A stretch of DNA of 52,325 nt, the filler included, from Catajapyx aquilonaris (Eukaryota), in the NCBI GenBank assembly GCA_000934665.2. It is 3 parts of 3 records of this genome, joined end to end, with 100 filler letters (N's around TTAATTAATTAA, not from the genome) between each part and the next. Parts side by side here need not be neighbours in the genome. Positions count along the whole stretch, not along the records: positions 1 to 17,495 come from JYFJ02006974.1; 2 more parts are not named here. The stretch is one strand, 5' to 3'. The notes under the pieces are model-generated. The model did no database searches. It saw only the letters and a program-made list of their open reading frames with translations, and was not told where the DNA came from. Both the position numbers and the translations under genes were made by a program. Below are positions 1 to 14,299 of the stretch, in pieces. Within the stretch, counting starts at the first letter, position 1. The number at the start of each line of letters is the position of its first letter.

Positions 1-3000
1 TTGCAAGCTCCGGTTCATGTCAGGTAATACCACCTGTTTGATAGAGCTTCATTTCAGGAGATGTCTTCAAAAGTTGCAACCTAATATTAGCAACTGGAGC
101 ACGAAAAAGTAGCTGCTTAATTTTCAGAGCCAAAAATCGCGGACTGTAACGGATAATCCGCATTTTTCAGCTTTTGATTTATTTAGAGCTCGGCTTCAGC
201 GTTATTAAAGCGAGCCTGAGTGACGCAAATCCACTTGCATGTCGCTTATAATATCCTTCTTCGAAAACCGGGTGTGACGGGCCCGTATTTTACACTGGGA
301 GCGAAACAATTAAGTTGCGGCAATTAGATGCAGAGCGAAGCAATACGGACTCCCCGGATTTATCCATAGCACATGAAACATTGGGAATAAGAGACGGACG
401 CGAAAAAAGGCCTTAATAGTAATGAAAAATCAATTGTGACCTACTTGTCGCTGTTATTATATTTCCGGTATATCTTCTGTACACACTGGACGGAGACGCA
501 GTTTTTCAACGTCCTAATTAGCGACCACACCCTGTTAACTATGATCGCTAAAATCTGCGGTCACAAGTGCCTGACCTTAATTAACGCGAGCTAAAAGGAT
601 TAATTTGCGTCCTTATATGCATTAACAATAATTGTTAATACAATTCGTTGGCATGAATAATTAATTGCGTATTTTGCATACTTGACGGTCTGGAGTTCAA
701 ACATATTTTAGCATTAATTAAATAATAATGAAAATTAAATAAACGGTTAATCAAATTAGTCACTATTTCACTGAAACATCTCATCACTTGTTACGTCGCA
801 GGATGCCTCTATAAGTAATGTAACGATTTTAATGAACACATAAAAATCTGGCATTTCAACAATAACCATTTACAATGTGTCATGAAATCAGTTAACGCAT
901 AAAATGTTGCCAAAAAATAACTCATATTTGGCATCAAACCACAGCTAATGATTTGTGCACGTAATCACGACGCTGAATTGTCAGCCAATTGTTGAATACT
1001 GTTGTTGACACGTTTTGCATAAACATTTCAATTATTTCATCTCTATGTTTATGCAAAAATTTTGCACAATGTGTTGGCATATTACAAAAGGGAGGTGCGA
1101 CGCAGTCCAGGAAATGAGTATGAATTGTACCCACTATATGTATAAATTCCCGATGTCCTGTCATTTCAAACTCTGTCGTACTGCCATTTATTCGCGAAAA
1201 TTACATTACCCCCGCAATGCACTTTGCGGTCAAAAAGTTACATAAAGCCATAAATCACTCGACTGCTCCAGGAGGGGAAAAAATGGCAAACGAACTTCAT
1301 TATTCTGCAGATAGTCCAGAATTTGCAATGTTTACTTTTTTTTACGAAAAAAAACTGTGCCCCACTTTCTTTTTTTGCAAGCCTTTTTTTCCCATAGAGC
1401 TTGATCTGCACTGTTGCTACAGCGCCAACAAACAGTGCAAATTCCCAGCATTTTGCAGCTCCGTCACTGCGAGAGAGAGTGAGCAAAAAAAAAAAAAATC
1501 TGCGCCTGCAAACGTGTACACACTTCAATTGCTGGCTCGCGGCTCGTGGCTGAGTTAACTAACCGTGATAGAGTTTTACTACAAAAATAATCATTAAATG
1601 AGAGAGGTTTTATGCAACAACGTTTGAAGTGCCGTTTCATTGCAAGTTTTTTTTTCTCCACCCAAACGTGTAGATCACGTTTCGTTTCAAAAGTGTAAAA
1701 ATATTCTGTAACAATCGAGTGCGAATTGAGCCTTTTAAAAAAATGGCGGGGTGATATTTTACAATAGTTTTGTGGCCGGATCGTTTTGTTTTGTTATGCA
1801 GGACTGGGGTGTGGAAATGTTATGAATAATTTTCTCCTACCGGATGGAAAGAAAAGCAAAATATTAGGTCCAATTCATTTGCATTCAAAGAAAGACGCGT
1901 GGTGAAGCAAAATGAACTGATTGCTGTGACCACAGTGAAATGTGTAATGTTCATCAAAAAAATATTTGGAAAATTACACCGTCAACATTTTCTGTACAGT
2001 ATCTCACCCATTTTTGCTTCCAAAAAGACCTCCGGCCTGTGTATTGAGGTGTCACTCACTTTAGATCATTTATCTAAACAAGCTCCGTGTCAGACTGGAG
2101 GACGTACGTGGCACACTAAGGTCAACGCTTCTCTTCAGTGTGGATGGGTACACACACACAAAAAAACATGTCGATATATCTGGTCTACTAGAAGTGACAC
2201 ATTTTGGTCCGCCTCTCTCTCTCTCAGGGTGGGGGAATTTCAGAGTCGATTCAAGAGCTGTGAAGGCTAATTCACTTACATTCAGAGCCAGATTTCGAAA
2301 GGCAGCACAGTAGAACATGCCCCACGGTGAATTCCTCGGGGGGGCCTCTCTCTCTCTCGATGTGAGGGTTAAAGTGTTGTGTGATAATATCAGAGCTCGA
2401 CACTGACGGTGACATTGCCGAATGAATGGTTTATGAGAAGTTAACGCACTGCATGTGTTGTGGATGTGGCGTCACTGCGTACAGAGACTTGTATAGGGCA
2501 GCTGCGAGCTTTAAATTGGATGGTGTGATCCTGTCTGTGAAATATGTACAGTAAGCATTATGTAAATGCAAGTGCGATGTATGAAATATTTTTAGCGTGC
2601 CATTATTAAACGTAGCATAATCTGTTATCTACCAGAAATTTAACAATTATCAGAAATCGTGAGACGAGTTAAGTAAGTCCATCTAAACTTATTAACGTTC
2701 TGTAATTATAGGCAATTATAGCATCGCGGACTCAGCACTTATTGCACATTAAGTTGGCAATTAACACAATTCATACTGGTATGACTGTTTGGCTACATTA
2801 GATTGTACATTTTAAACGATAATGACACAAGAGGGTGTTTGTTCATATTTCTGCCCGAATCTGTATGTATGGGCCGATTTGGTTATTCCAACAAAGATAT
2901 CGATTGTTGTGGCCATAAAATGTTGTGGTTTTAAAAAACAAAGCTCATTTTGTAGGCATATATGGTGGATAATGGTATTTTTTTCACCTCCAAAGTTGTT

Positions 3001-6000
3001 TGGGCTGCATGCTTTTGCGGTTTGGATTCACCACGCAAATGGGATGGAAGTCCATTTTTTTTTTTGTCCGTTTCAGACATGTGCGGTTTACCTCGTGAAC
3101 GCCTCAATTAACTCGGGGTTACGCAACGCACCCTAATTTGACTTGATTTCGGTTTTATCAAGCACTTCATACCGGGATTAGAAGTACTCCACATACAGAG
3201 TTTATGGCCTGCGGAGCCTGACTTGAAAGCATGAAGCAAAGCACTACATGTGCTGCATTAACAAGTGTTTCATCAAGGTGGAGTGGCACAGGTCAAAGCA
3301 AGAGATCAAAGTGCGACCTGGGATATCACAACGTCATGCCTTGAATACTTACTAGGAAACCTCTCGATTAATTTCTTTAAAAATATTAAAAGAATCCATA
3401 TTTCCACTTGGCTCCATACAATGATTACCATAAATTTTTAAATTTAAACTGCTCTTTCATTATAGATTGGTCAATGTTTCTTGCATTAGTCATAATAAGC
3501 TCTTTACCTACTTTCCTGAAATTCAATTTTTAGAAATATGAGCCTTTTTCATATTAAGTTATAGAAATGAAAGCTTGCCGCGCTCTTATTGGATCATTGC
3601 AGAAAAAGCATAAAGTTTTCAATTGAGTTGCGTGATGGAATCGGAGAGATTTGTGCGGCTTGCAGGAATTCAATAGAGAGATTCATTTCATTCCCGGTTC
3701 TCAATGAAAATGAAGTAATAACTGTGGCTAAAAAAGTATACTGAGTTGTCAAGGACATCCTTTTTGTCCCATTTGTATGAATAATAGGCAAAGAATAATA
3801 TTGGAGGATATACGACTAACTTCGGCCATCTTTCTAATGCAAAGTGGTCATTTTATGTTCATCAATTCTACTGCTTTGTATATACTGGTAGGCTAATAAT
3901 AGTGTCCTAAGTGCAGGACTTTGAAATGTATTACCGTTCGGATTGGATTTGAACTTACTTACTGTACCTCAGAACCAACGATGTTGATCATCCACCACCT
4001 GTAACACGAAGATGTGATTAATGATCAGAAATGTATCTTACAGTTGTAAAAATTATTTATAATCAAGTTATACTCTGTCATAATTGCAGTACCCGTGAGA
4101 ATTTATGAAAAATTATTATCGGTACCACTCAAAAATAAAGCAAAAAAAATGTGTTTAATTATTAATTTTTGAATAAAAAACTTCTTTCGCATTCTTTTGG
4201 GTTGTTTTTATATAAATTACATTTCTCTTTTGGTGTTGGCTTCATCCATATCTTTATACACTCAATTCCAGTGCCCACAAAAAAATTGGTAAATTGTCAT
4301 ACTTTTTTTGCGCGTATCCTGATGTGAAATTGTGTCAAGAAGCGAGGGTTGAATTTAGCTTCAGGTCTTTTAATGAACGAAAATTTATCGCGAGGACAAC
4401 TCTGTCGGACACCCTCTTGACAGAGGGCTTGTCATGATGAGGTGCCTCGGTCGAGAGGACTCACCTCCTGATTGAGCAGCTCCCGTCAAATTGTGTCTCG
4501 CCGAAAAGAGAGAAAAAAAACCGACGGTTGATTTTCCTTCCCCAAGATATCAAAGCAGGCCGCAGGGGTTCAGAAAATAATGGCCCAGAAGTAACGGCTG
4601 AGGGTTATATATTATTTTCTCCTGGAATTTCTATATTTTTTTTGAAGGGTTTTGCTGCAATCTATATTGCCTCAGTTTTTCTTTGGAATTCTGAAAATTT
4701 TTGCAGGGTTAGATTCCGTATGAAACCGCGTTTGCAACTTCACGATCCGGATCAAAGCATGCGTTTGATGTGGTTTGAATGATCCAAGCACGTTAGGTGC
4801 TGATCTTTTCAGAAAGTTATTTTCTTCATCTTTGTTCGGATCCACCTGATTTCTTCCAGGCTTTTCTTTTTTCAGAAATTGATAAAAAGCAAGACTGCAG
4901 AGGCCCCTAAGGCTCTGGAGAAGCACAAAAAAGAGGAAGTAGAAGAACAATATTTCCGGTGGGCAAAGTCTTTCCAGACAGAAGGACGTGCGCACGAAAT
5001 GTGTCGCTTTTTCTTTTGTGCTTTTCGGTCCACAATCTCTTTTAACGGGGGGGCTTCGGCGTCTGTACCCAATATAGTAGAAAGGTATATTTCACCTCCA
5101 GCGTGTACCAGATTTTTCTCGTTTTTTTTGAGCCCCGAAGTTTTTTAGGTCCAAATTTACCCATTTTTTAAAAAATGGCTGGAGGCTAGTTAATATCGGA
5201 ACAAAAATAACCACCGTGAAATTTTTCTCGATAGTTATGTGATGTGATTTGGAAGTTAGTCACACGAGTAAAAGGTTGCGTAGGCTTTGTAACAAAAAAC
5301 CCCCGGACAGATAGGATTACTTGCTGTTATTTTTGTTTCAAAGGGTGATAATTAGTCAAAGCTTTGCCTTGTAACAATGTACAAAAACTGCCCTACGGGA
5401 TCGTGTTGCAACCAACATCAACAGGCTTTGCGGTGATATAATATCGACCAAATATTATCGCTCTAAACGCTTGTGTGAATTTATTATTAAAAAGTCCACC
5501 ATTATTTAATTTCGTACTTAACCAAAATGTAGTTTTTCCAGCACTTTGTACACATAGAAAACTTATGCATATTTCAACTGGGGCGGTTCACGTACTCTGT
5601 AAAGACGCCGGCAGCAAATACATTCTTTGCAATTCAAACAATACCCTGTAAGAGTAATTAATTTACAGCCCTTAAAATATGCAACTACACGCGAGGTCTT
5701 TGCACCGTGAATATGTAATGCGAGAAACTTGGCATGACTTCACATAACTCTTTCAAACAATGCATGATTTGTGTGCTCAAATTCTGCCAAATACCTTAAT
5801 TTTCTTTTATGCTGAGGTGCCAACAAAACTCATCCGCAGAAAAACAAAAGGAGTGAAAAGGCAGACCCGAATGCGGGTAGCTCTCTCTGGAAGCTTAATT
5901 ACCGCGAGAAGAATACACTAAATAATAAATGTTAATTACATCTTGGTGGGGGAGGCTCTTGAGGCGAATTTTGTCCCTCCCATTAAAATATCAGAACGGT

Positions 6001-8811
6001 TTTAAACTCTTCTGTGTGCAGGGATTTTCTACTAGGACATTAGACTCTTTTCCGACATCACGTCCGGAAGATTTTCGTTGTTTCAACCCCTGAGGGGACC
6101 ACCCTCTTTTTTTTTAAAGAAACACTACTTTATTATGTAGATGGACCCCTCCTCCTTCACCCATCTCCAGCAGAGTGGCTCTTAAGGAATCCCACAGCCA
6201 TTCAATAAGGGTTTTATGGACCCTCTTCGATAAGTACCTAGAGTCCTTGAATAATGCCCCATCTCTATATACACCCTCCAGGGGATCGTTGCGATTTTCC
6301 TCCAAACACTTTTTACCAGATCCAAAGTGACTGAACCCAATATTTTCGGTTGGGTTGGACCAACTAGCAGACAGCTCGTAATGGATTTTTACGTACTTGC
6401 TTGTAAAAGATGCCCGTAAGGCTAAGGAAAGGTCGTAATTTTCTTCAAAGCAACTTTTTGGTCTGACGTCAGTCGTAGTTTGTCATACCTCCACCAGGGG
6501 TGTTAGAAAAATAATTCATTTTGTCACACGCTTAACAGGTGCATAACACCTTGTGATATCAGATTTCAATTAAGGCTTTGTTTTTCCGACCATAAAATTG
6601 ATATCAGCAACATGCCTGGAAGTAACTGAATCCGTGATGAAGGAAATGATCGCCATGTTGTTGTTTTTTTAAAAATACTCCAGCAGGTAGAGTAAATTTG
6701 TCCGGATCTGTTTTCGCCCCCATCCAAAGTCAGTCTCATTAACTCTCCCAGAGCACCACAAAGAGACAGCTGAAGTATAATGAGCAAACCTGCAACGGGT
6801 TTGCTTTAAAGCCCTCAGTCCGCGACCTTAATTGCGATTTTTTTTCCTCCTCATTTGCTCTCAAAGTAATAACGCACGGAGCATCATGTATACCCAAAAC
6901 AAGCAGGTTTTAACTCCCCAGGGGCTGTTTAATCCCCTGATAGAAGGGCTGGGCATACCTGTTCTCGCATATTCGATCCGATAGTAGACGGTACATAAGA
7001 CGAGCGTTAAGGCCCAGGTCCATTAGTGCAAGCCTTAGCAGCAGCCCCCTGGCATCGCAATAAGAGCATTGGGACAAAGACAGAAGAGCCAGAGATCACC
7101 GACCTATACTCATATAAACGCAGACTGCAATTTACAGCTTCCGTCTTTCCTTATATAGAGCGGGGCATTGCCTTGAGGTCATCTCTGCGGGGTTCGTGGG
7201 AGCAAGATTAATCTGGAGGAATTATTGTGGACCAGGGATGCTGGCAATATCTGAGGTTGGACACCTGGGTGCTGCTGACAGGCTATATTTAGTGCCGGGA
7301 CACATCATATAGAAAAGAAATTTCCTCACATTGCCCAATTTGATTGGAAGCATCCCTTTTCAGGTTTTTTCCACACAATTTTTCTTCCCTACACAACAAT
7401 AATGAGAGGGTGTGGTGAATCTGAGGCCGTTTTTTGGTCAACCAGCAACAACTCTTTTGAGCGAACGAGGGTGCGAGGCAGGGTCGTGATGGAAGCAGTT
7501 GCGCTAACTTTACGACTCTCGTAATATCTCCTCCGAGAACATTAAGCCAGAACCCACCCTTTTTTTTCGAAACTGGGGTTTTTTCCGCAGTTGGCTCATG
7601 AACTGGGGCTCCCTTCAAAGGGAAACGCTATTTTATTGCCCGATCATTCTGACCCGATCCATGAGGTTTCAATCACAATGTTAATAGCCCGTGATATATG
7701 TGACCGCTACTACCAGTGGCTACAGTGAAATTAAATGGATCCCATCCAGGAAGAGGGTAATCAATTCTGCAGACACGTCGATTCTGACAAATCTTTCAAG
7801 AATTTTTATTATTGGTCAGCTCAGCCTTGTCATTGAGATAATTAGCTTTAATCAATACTTCCATGCCTCATTACTCATATTTGAAGCTAAATATCTCAGT
7901 AACGAGGATTCGTATTCCAAATGATGTGACCCTAGCAATTTGTCTACATCTTTATGAAACACCCGGTAATGCTAGCTGGCAATGTCCGACCGAGTTTTTG
8001 GCTCCGGTTTTTGGCATGTAATAAGAAAACAACGGCGGCCAATTGGGGCCAATATGATTTATCACACCCGGTTTTATGTCCCCAGGACTGCGACCCCCTT
8101 TCCAGTCGCGATTGAAACATTCATAACCACCTCTGAAATTTTGGTCCCCCCCAACTTTACAATCCGGATTGAAATTAATGATCGCATTTGTTTTAATGAA
8201 ACTCCTGGCTACACACAGTACACATGCAGACAAGAGAAAGGCAAAGTGAGTTGCGACCAGGTGCGGATTAAACGCCCAACGTTGCGTCAACCATTCCCGG
8301 AAGCGATTCACACAAATGACGGAGCATTAATTGCGTAATTGCCGAGGACAATGCCAAAGTCTGCCTCTATGTTTAATCCTGTGAGATAAACATACTGGCG
8401 GATATTAGCTTGATTATTTTTCGTGCGCTTGTTACGTAATCACAAGTTCATATTTCTCGAACTGGGATGTTTTCCGATGGAGAAGAAGAAGGTCAGAAGA
8501 TGAAGGAAGCAATCCATCATTTGGAGGAAGTCATGCTGCTAATTTCTTGAAGAGTTCTGATCAGAATTCTCTGGAGAACTTTAAATGAAATTATACCAAT
8601 CTGAAAGCCCCCTCCTGGCAAAAAGTCAGCTTCTAATTACAGGGTGTCCCCAAAATTTAATCCCTCCCCACGTGCGATGTGTCCCTGCAGATTTTGAGAG
8701 AGATGGAATTCAATTTGTTTCCAGTGTCATCTGGGAGAAATCGAGCTGTCCAACCGGTTGAATTCCACTTGTCAACCTTTTGTAAGCCTGTTGCAAACTC
8801 TGCATTAGCTT

Positions 8812-8837
8812 AGAGAGAGAGAGAGAGAGAGAGAGAG
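8812..8837. repeat. (AG)n microsatellite
   Basis: About 13 consecutive AG units. Confidence 0.95.
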
Positions 8838-9233
8838 TGAGGGGGGAATAGGGAGGGTTGCTGGTGCAAACAACGCATGCGCTTTGTTTTTAGAGCCACT
8901 CTAACTCGGGGGATGACATGCAGGGATCTATTACCCGGACAATGGAGTGCACCAGATATCTGACTCCGTGCTTGGTTTTTTAAAAAAAACTACAAACGTA
9001 TCGTAATGTACTTTGTCACACACACTTAACGTACTGGTACGTACAGTACACTACAGGTCAGATGTTCAAGTTGCATGTTCGCATGTTGTTATTGCATTAA
9101 ACGATAAGAGATTATTATACCGTATATTTGTTTCATAATATATTGCAACAATCAATGTTAATCTAAATAACCAAGTCATGCCAATGAATTTTTATGTCAG
9201 TCAAAAATGGAATTGCCTTTTTCTCAACCTGGT

Positions 9234-9599
9234 CAGGGAGCATATACTACATAAGAGGCGCAAACTTCTGTCGGCGCCTTTGATGCTCGCGTCTCTCTGT
9301 TTGGGGCCGTTGCCAAGGCTGGCGGCCATTTTGAAGTGTGGGCAACGCCAAAGAGGTATAAATAGGGTACAGGCAAAAATAGGGTCCGCCATCTTTGATG
9401 GTTTTGGCGGCCATGGCAACTACACGGCAAGAACACGCGCGAATCAAAGATGGCGGACCCTATTTTTGCCTGTACCCTATTTATACCTCGTTGGCGTTGC
9501 CCACACTTCAAAATGGCAGCCAGCCTTGGCAACGCCCGAAACAGAGAGACGCGGAAATCGAATGTTTGCGCCTCTTATGTAGTATAATTATGCTCCCTG
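9234..9599. mobile_element. Foldback MITE copy 1 (non-autonomous, P-element/Galileo-type ends)
   Basis: Starts CAGGGAGCATATACTACATAAGAGGCGC and ends GCGCCTCTTATGTAGTATAATTATGCTCCCTG. Inverted arms are about 160 bp. A 7-bp direct repeat ACCTGGT flanks it (9227-9233, 9600-9606). Three related copies lie in contig 2. Confidence 0.9.
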
Positions 9600-12500
9600 A
9601 CCTGGTAGGCCTACAGTAAACATTATAATACTTATTCCACTTTCTAATACATTCGCTAATTAGTTTTTCTGCTCTTTACAGTCATTGATAAAAAAAACAG
9701 CGTTTACTTTCCCATTCTCGTAAAATTCTCGGTAAGAACTGGCAGGCTTTGATTGTGCTAATAATCCTTGTCCTCGTGAAGGAGACCTTACGTAATTAAT
9801 AACTGCAGTACTAACAAGCAAGCAATTACTCTGCCATCTAACGTTGCTAGCACTCTAATGTCAGCCACTTAGCAGAAACATTTAAATAGGCTTAAGGCAG
9901 TTGCAGAGAAGACCAGCATCTATCATGAAGCAATAATATTTTAGGAGACTATTTTAACAACAATGAGTACATATTTTTGAGTATTTCACTTATTCGCACA
10001 CCTCACAGTCATACTCCCCAAACATGTGCTGAACGCAACAAAGCCATATGGTCTACCAACTCTTACACCATTGCGGATGTAGGCCCTCCTTCCATCTATG
10101 CCGCATGATGTAATATTTAGAACCCAACATCACCGTAGTTGCATCTCCTTGAAAATGTTCATGCTCCACATTGCGGCATATCTCCTTATTATGCAGATTG
10201 CACGGCCCTTCCAAAGTAGAGTCACCCGTTTCGGGTCGCTATGGGTGTCTTACGGCAGCCCCTTTTCCCCTACGAATATTTCGATAACTCCGAGGCTATT
10301 TTGGCACGACGGAGAATGGACCAGGTTGGCTAATACAGCAGGCCGAGATGGTGAGGACTTCTGGCTCCCTCAAAAAAAAAAAAGTCGTGAGAGCATAAGT
10401 GTGACGCAGAAAGTGTTGCCAAACTTTTGCAGTTTTTTTTGTGGCGACCGATGCAAGGACAAGTCAATGAAGAATCTGACTTTTTCTTGCAGCAAGACTT
10501 TTAAACTAGACAGAAAATTCGGAACTAGACGAAATGGTGACTTCTATAGTTCTGCAGTTTACGAGAATGGTTATGATCCGTGTCATTGTGCGAAAATGTG
10601 ATTTACAAGGTCGTTCACTTTTTGCGGAACATGTGGGAAGAAACGGATTGCACAGTGTTATTTTATCCGGATAATATTTTGAGTTAGGAGTTTCAACCAG
10701 CTTATTGTTTGCAGCCAGTGAATGCACCATTTTTTTTTAGTGCGGAAAAAGTTTTTTTTTTCCTAAGCTCCTAAGGGTGCTGTAGTAAACTTTTTCAATT
10801 TTAAAAGAATTGCAGTATAAGCTAGCACCGGATGTTTTCTTATGGAGTTAAAATTAAGAAGCTTGCAATTTTAGTCATTTCGCGCTCCAGATACCACCTA
10901 AAAATATCCACGTTTTTAAGAAAAATGTAGAATGTAATTATGCCTTTGGTGATTATGAGCAGTAAAAAACAATTTCTAATTTCAAGCTGAAGTCTGCATT
11001 ATGGCACATACAATGTACATTTAATTACGCATTTATTTATTTATATAAAAATTATGAATAATGCTCACCAATTTGCTATATCACTACATAGCTTGCTTCA
11101 TGTTAATTTGTTGGGGGAAAAAAAATCTGTTGGTGCGGCAAAGCACAGAGAAGGTTCATTACAGGCAAGGTCCATTGAAAGAAGCAAGAAAAGTTCTCCG
11201 AAAGCTAATCACAGGCTTAACGACGTTACCGACTTGCAAGGGAGTTTTCCCTTCCTATTTAATTGGTTTTATAGGGCGAATACGGACAAATTGGGTTGAG
11301 CTTCTTTTTTTTTGGATAAAAAAGGACAGATCAGCTTTAGATAGAAGTTGTACAGAACTTACTGTAGTGTGTACAGTAGACAAGACAAGATAAATATTTA
11401 TTTTATTTAATGCGCAATAGAATCTAGTCATATAAATCGAAATGGCTTTCAGAATAGCATCTGATTCTTCATCTAATTTTCATCAAGACAAGACGATGCT
11501 TCTTTGTCTCAGAAACTGTCAACTACTAGAGGAGCGACAGAACGAAACAAAAAAAAAACATGTCACAATCAAATTGCATCTGCAAGACCGATTCATTATT
11601 CGAGGTAATTCATTATGGGAAAGCGTGCCCTTTCATTTGAAATTCGTATTTGCTGCTGGATAGAGCTTGCCATTGCCTGCAAATGGCACGTTTTTGACCG
11701 CGTGTGCAAATAAGTCCGACTTTAAGGATTGCAACAGCGGATTGGCTCGACATTTGAATATTCAAACAACCCAGGTCGAAACATTGGATCAATTTTCTTC
11801 ACCCGGGGAAATATTTTGGCACATTGTACCCCCCCGCGCAGTTTTCCATATGAGGAGACAATAATACTCGACGCATATTGGAAATCAATGTAATTTTTGG
11901 CCTACACTGTAAATGAAGCTCAGATATTACGACTTCAAATCACGTACGTTTAGTTGAAAAAAATTTCCTCGCCAAAAAATAAAGTTTAGTGCAGAATTCT
12001 TAAGATCTTCTGCAACATTCGTGTGGTCGGTTCGTCTCAAGGACTCCCATTCTAATTCGTCAAAAGCGGTGTCTGGGGGGACACTTGGCGACTCTTTTTT
12101 TTCTCTACTTTCTCGTGACCCAACCTCCCGCTGCCTGTACCCATCTGGCTCGACATTTGAATTCGTAAGGGGGAGGGGGGGCTCTCTTTACAACCCCGGC
12201 ACTTTCCATAAAATGGCTAACCCCGTTCCTAGAAAATTGCGTTTTGTAAGAACCCACCACCCCACTCTAGATCGCCTAGACCTCATTGCGCTCACTTCTT
12301 TTCAAATTATGCCCACGATTTTATACCCGAGCGACTGACGAGATTTTTGCGGGGATATAACAAGACAGCTCTTGGCAAAAAAATACATGAAAAGATCATT
12401 TCAATAAAGGTTGCCTTGTAAAAAAAACTGCTTTGTCCTCATGGTTATAAAATGATATTTTTTACCTTGTTCTTAACGGTGGTAATAGTTTGGTGCTTTG

Positions 12501-14299
12501 CCCCGTTACTTCAATCATGCAATCTTGTCCTGGTGGAATGGGGACGTAAAAAATGGAAGTTTGAGATACTTTTTTATATAACAAATGTGGCGATATACTT
12601 TTTGCTCTGGCCACTTCACATTCCTGGCCCGTATTCCGTCTGCAAAAAAAGGCCTGTAAAAAGGAAGTGTGGAACAACTGAAATTGTGTCCCGTCTTCTG
12701 CTTCTGGCACTTGCCAAGCTTCATTTTTAGATAGTACTACATTGGTTGGCGTAATGCTTGTCATTCGTGAGGCCACTAGGAGAAGATGGGTGGGGAAAAA
12801 CTGGATGAAAATGTTGCCAAAAAGCCACTTTCGCTCTAAAAAGATGTTCTGTCCGGAGTACTTTAGGAATCATCAGTTGAGAGTAAGAGATATAGTTATG
12901 TTTAGGAAAAATTTAATTTACCAACACAATATGGTTCTACATATAGCCTACTGCAATTATGGCAGATCGACTCTTAATGAAATTTAATATGCATTGTACA
13001 TCTATAGACTAAATTAATTATCACGTAGCTCCGTTGCAGAGTTTTATTCGTGCTTCAGTTCCTTTGAGATTAAATATATTTTGTAGCTTTGTAAAGGCAC
13101 CGCAAAGATCGTTTGAAACAACATTTCTGAGCTGCAGCCAGTTGGATTATTTCGTTTTGCTAACGAGCGCTTGAAAGGTGTCACACACCACCTATAAATA
13201 TACAGTCCTGGAATGCACTTGGATTCGACTAGACTAATTACTCCGGATGAAAAGATAATCTGTTTCTGTCTCATTATGAAGGACTGTTGCATCATTTTGG
13301 CGTCATTGCGACTATACAACAAGCGAGACTAAACTGTAATGTATATTTCAGTGTTCAGACAAATAGACTTAATATTAGACTGACAGTTTGCAATCAACAT
13401 TTTCCTTGATTTCATCAGATGTTTTATTTAAATGTTCTAATTATAACTGTAGTACTCAGTGGTTACAAAACTTTGTAAGTTTATACTTTCTTTTCCTTGG
13501 GGAAAGACTCATGAGTAGTTGTTGCATAACTGCGGGGAACTTTCCTTGAACACACTGTACTTGGCCCCCAGGAGTTGAAGATGTAAGTGAAACTTACAAG
13601 TTTATAATTGCTTAAATGGTGTGTTACTCTTTGCACAACATATATCCGCAACATTATTATGAGTTAGACGTCTCTGAAAATGATTACACAATTTTCTCAT
13701 ACCGATCGTATATTCATGATGCTCACTGAAGCCAGAGGTGTGAATATCTGACTTCCTTCTGTGCAATGTTAATTGCTTCATGAATTATTCCGCGCATTCA
13801 TTTGCAGAAACCCAGCGAAACACCAAATGATTTCTGCTTAAAGGAATATGTAGTTCACTCCGCTCTAATAATGTATGAAGTTGGTTTTGTAACGGATAAT
13901 TAACACGATCAGTACTACACATCGGCGCGTTTCGATTCCTGACCGTGAAGCTCATTCATACATCACGAGGTGCCTATAACAATTAACTAGAACCTTGACC
14001 CATTATGTTTGTTGCAAGTGAATCATCATAAAATGAAGTTGACAAAGAATTTCACTTAAGCTTTCCTTCCCATCCACTCTTGATTCTCTTGAAAAGTTTA
14101 TTGGCCACAAGATCAATCGATTCTTTGTGATACTCCTGCCGCAAGATTGTTTTATTGGACCATGTAATGTTAATTACTCTCTAGAGAGTAAAGTGAATAA
14201 TTGAAAACTCCCGATAGATGCGGACGTTTGTTCCAATGCAGCACGAATCAGGAATAAAAAAAGTGAGATGCTCAGGAGGACCTGACCCACATTTTCTAT

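Noticed and set aside
6114..6400. Minus-strand coding-like stretch with GSGKS
   Set aside because: It does not fit the GxxxxGKS P-loop spacing, has flanking stops, and matches no recognisable family.
6960..7290. Possible second retrotransposon endonuclease remnant on the minus strand
   Set aside because: The motif resemblance is too weak and needs several frameshifts.
8638..8660. TACAGGGTGTCCCCAAAA mariner-like terminus (also TACAGGGTGA at about 23649)
   Set aside because: No matching opposite TIR found, so no element can be delimited.
1..9000. Many short ORFs in contig 1
   Set aside because: No recognisable domains, coherent exon chain or coding-like composition; consistent with intronic or intergenic DNA.
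9178..9619. Recurring ORFs (e.g. [36 protein letters not shown]) here and near 23.3k, 25.8k and 28k on both strands
   Set aside because: They are translations of the palindromic MITE, not a gene family.
10651..10680. CACAGTG heptamer (Transib/RSS-like)
   Set aside because: No nonamer and no partner end in the contig.
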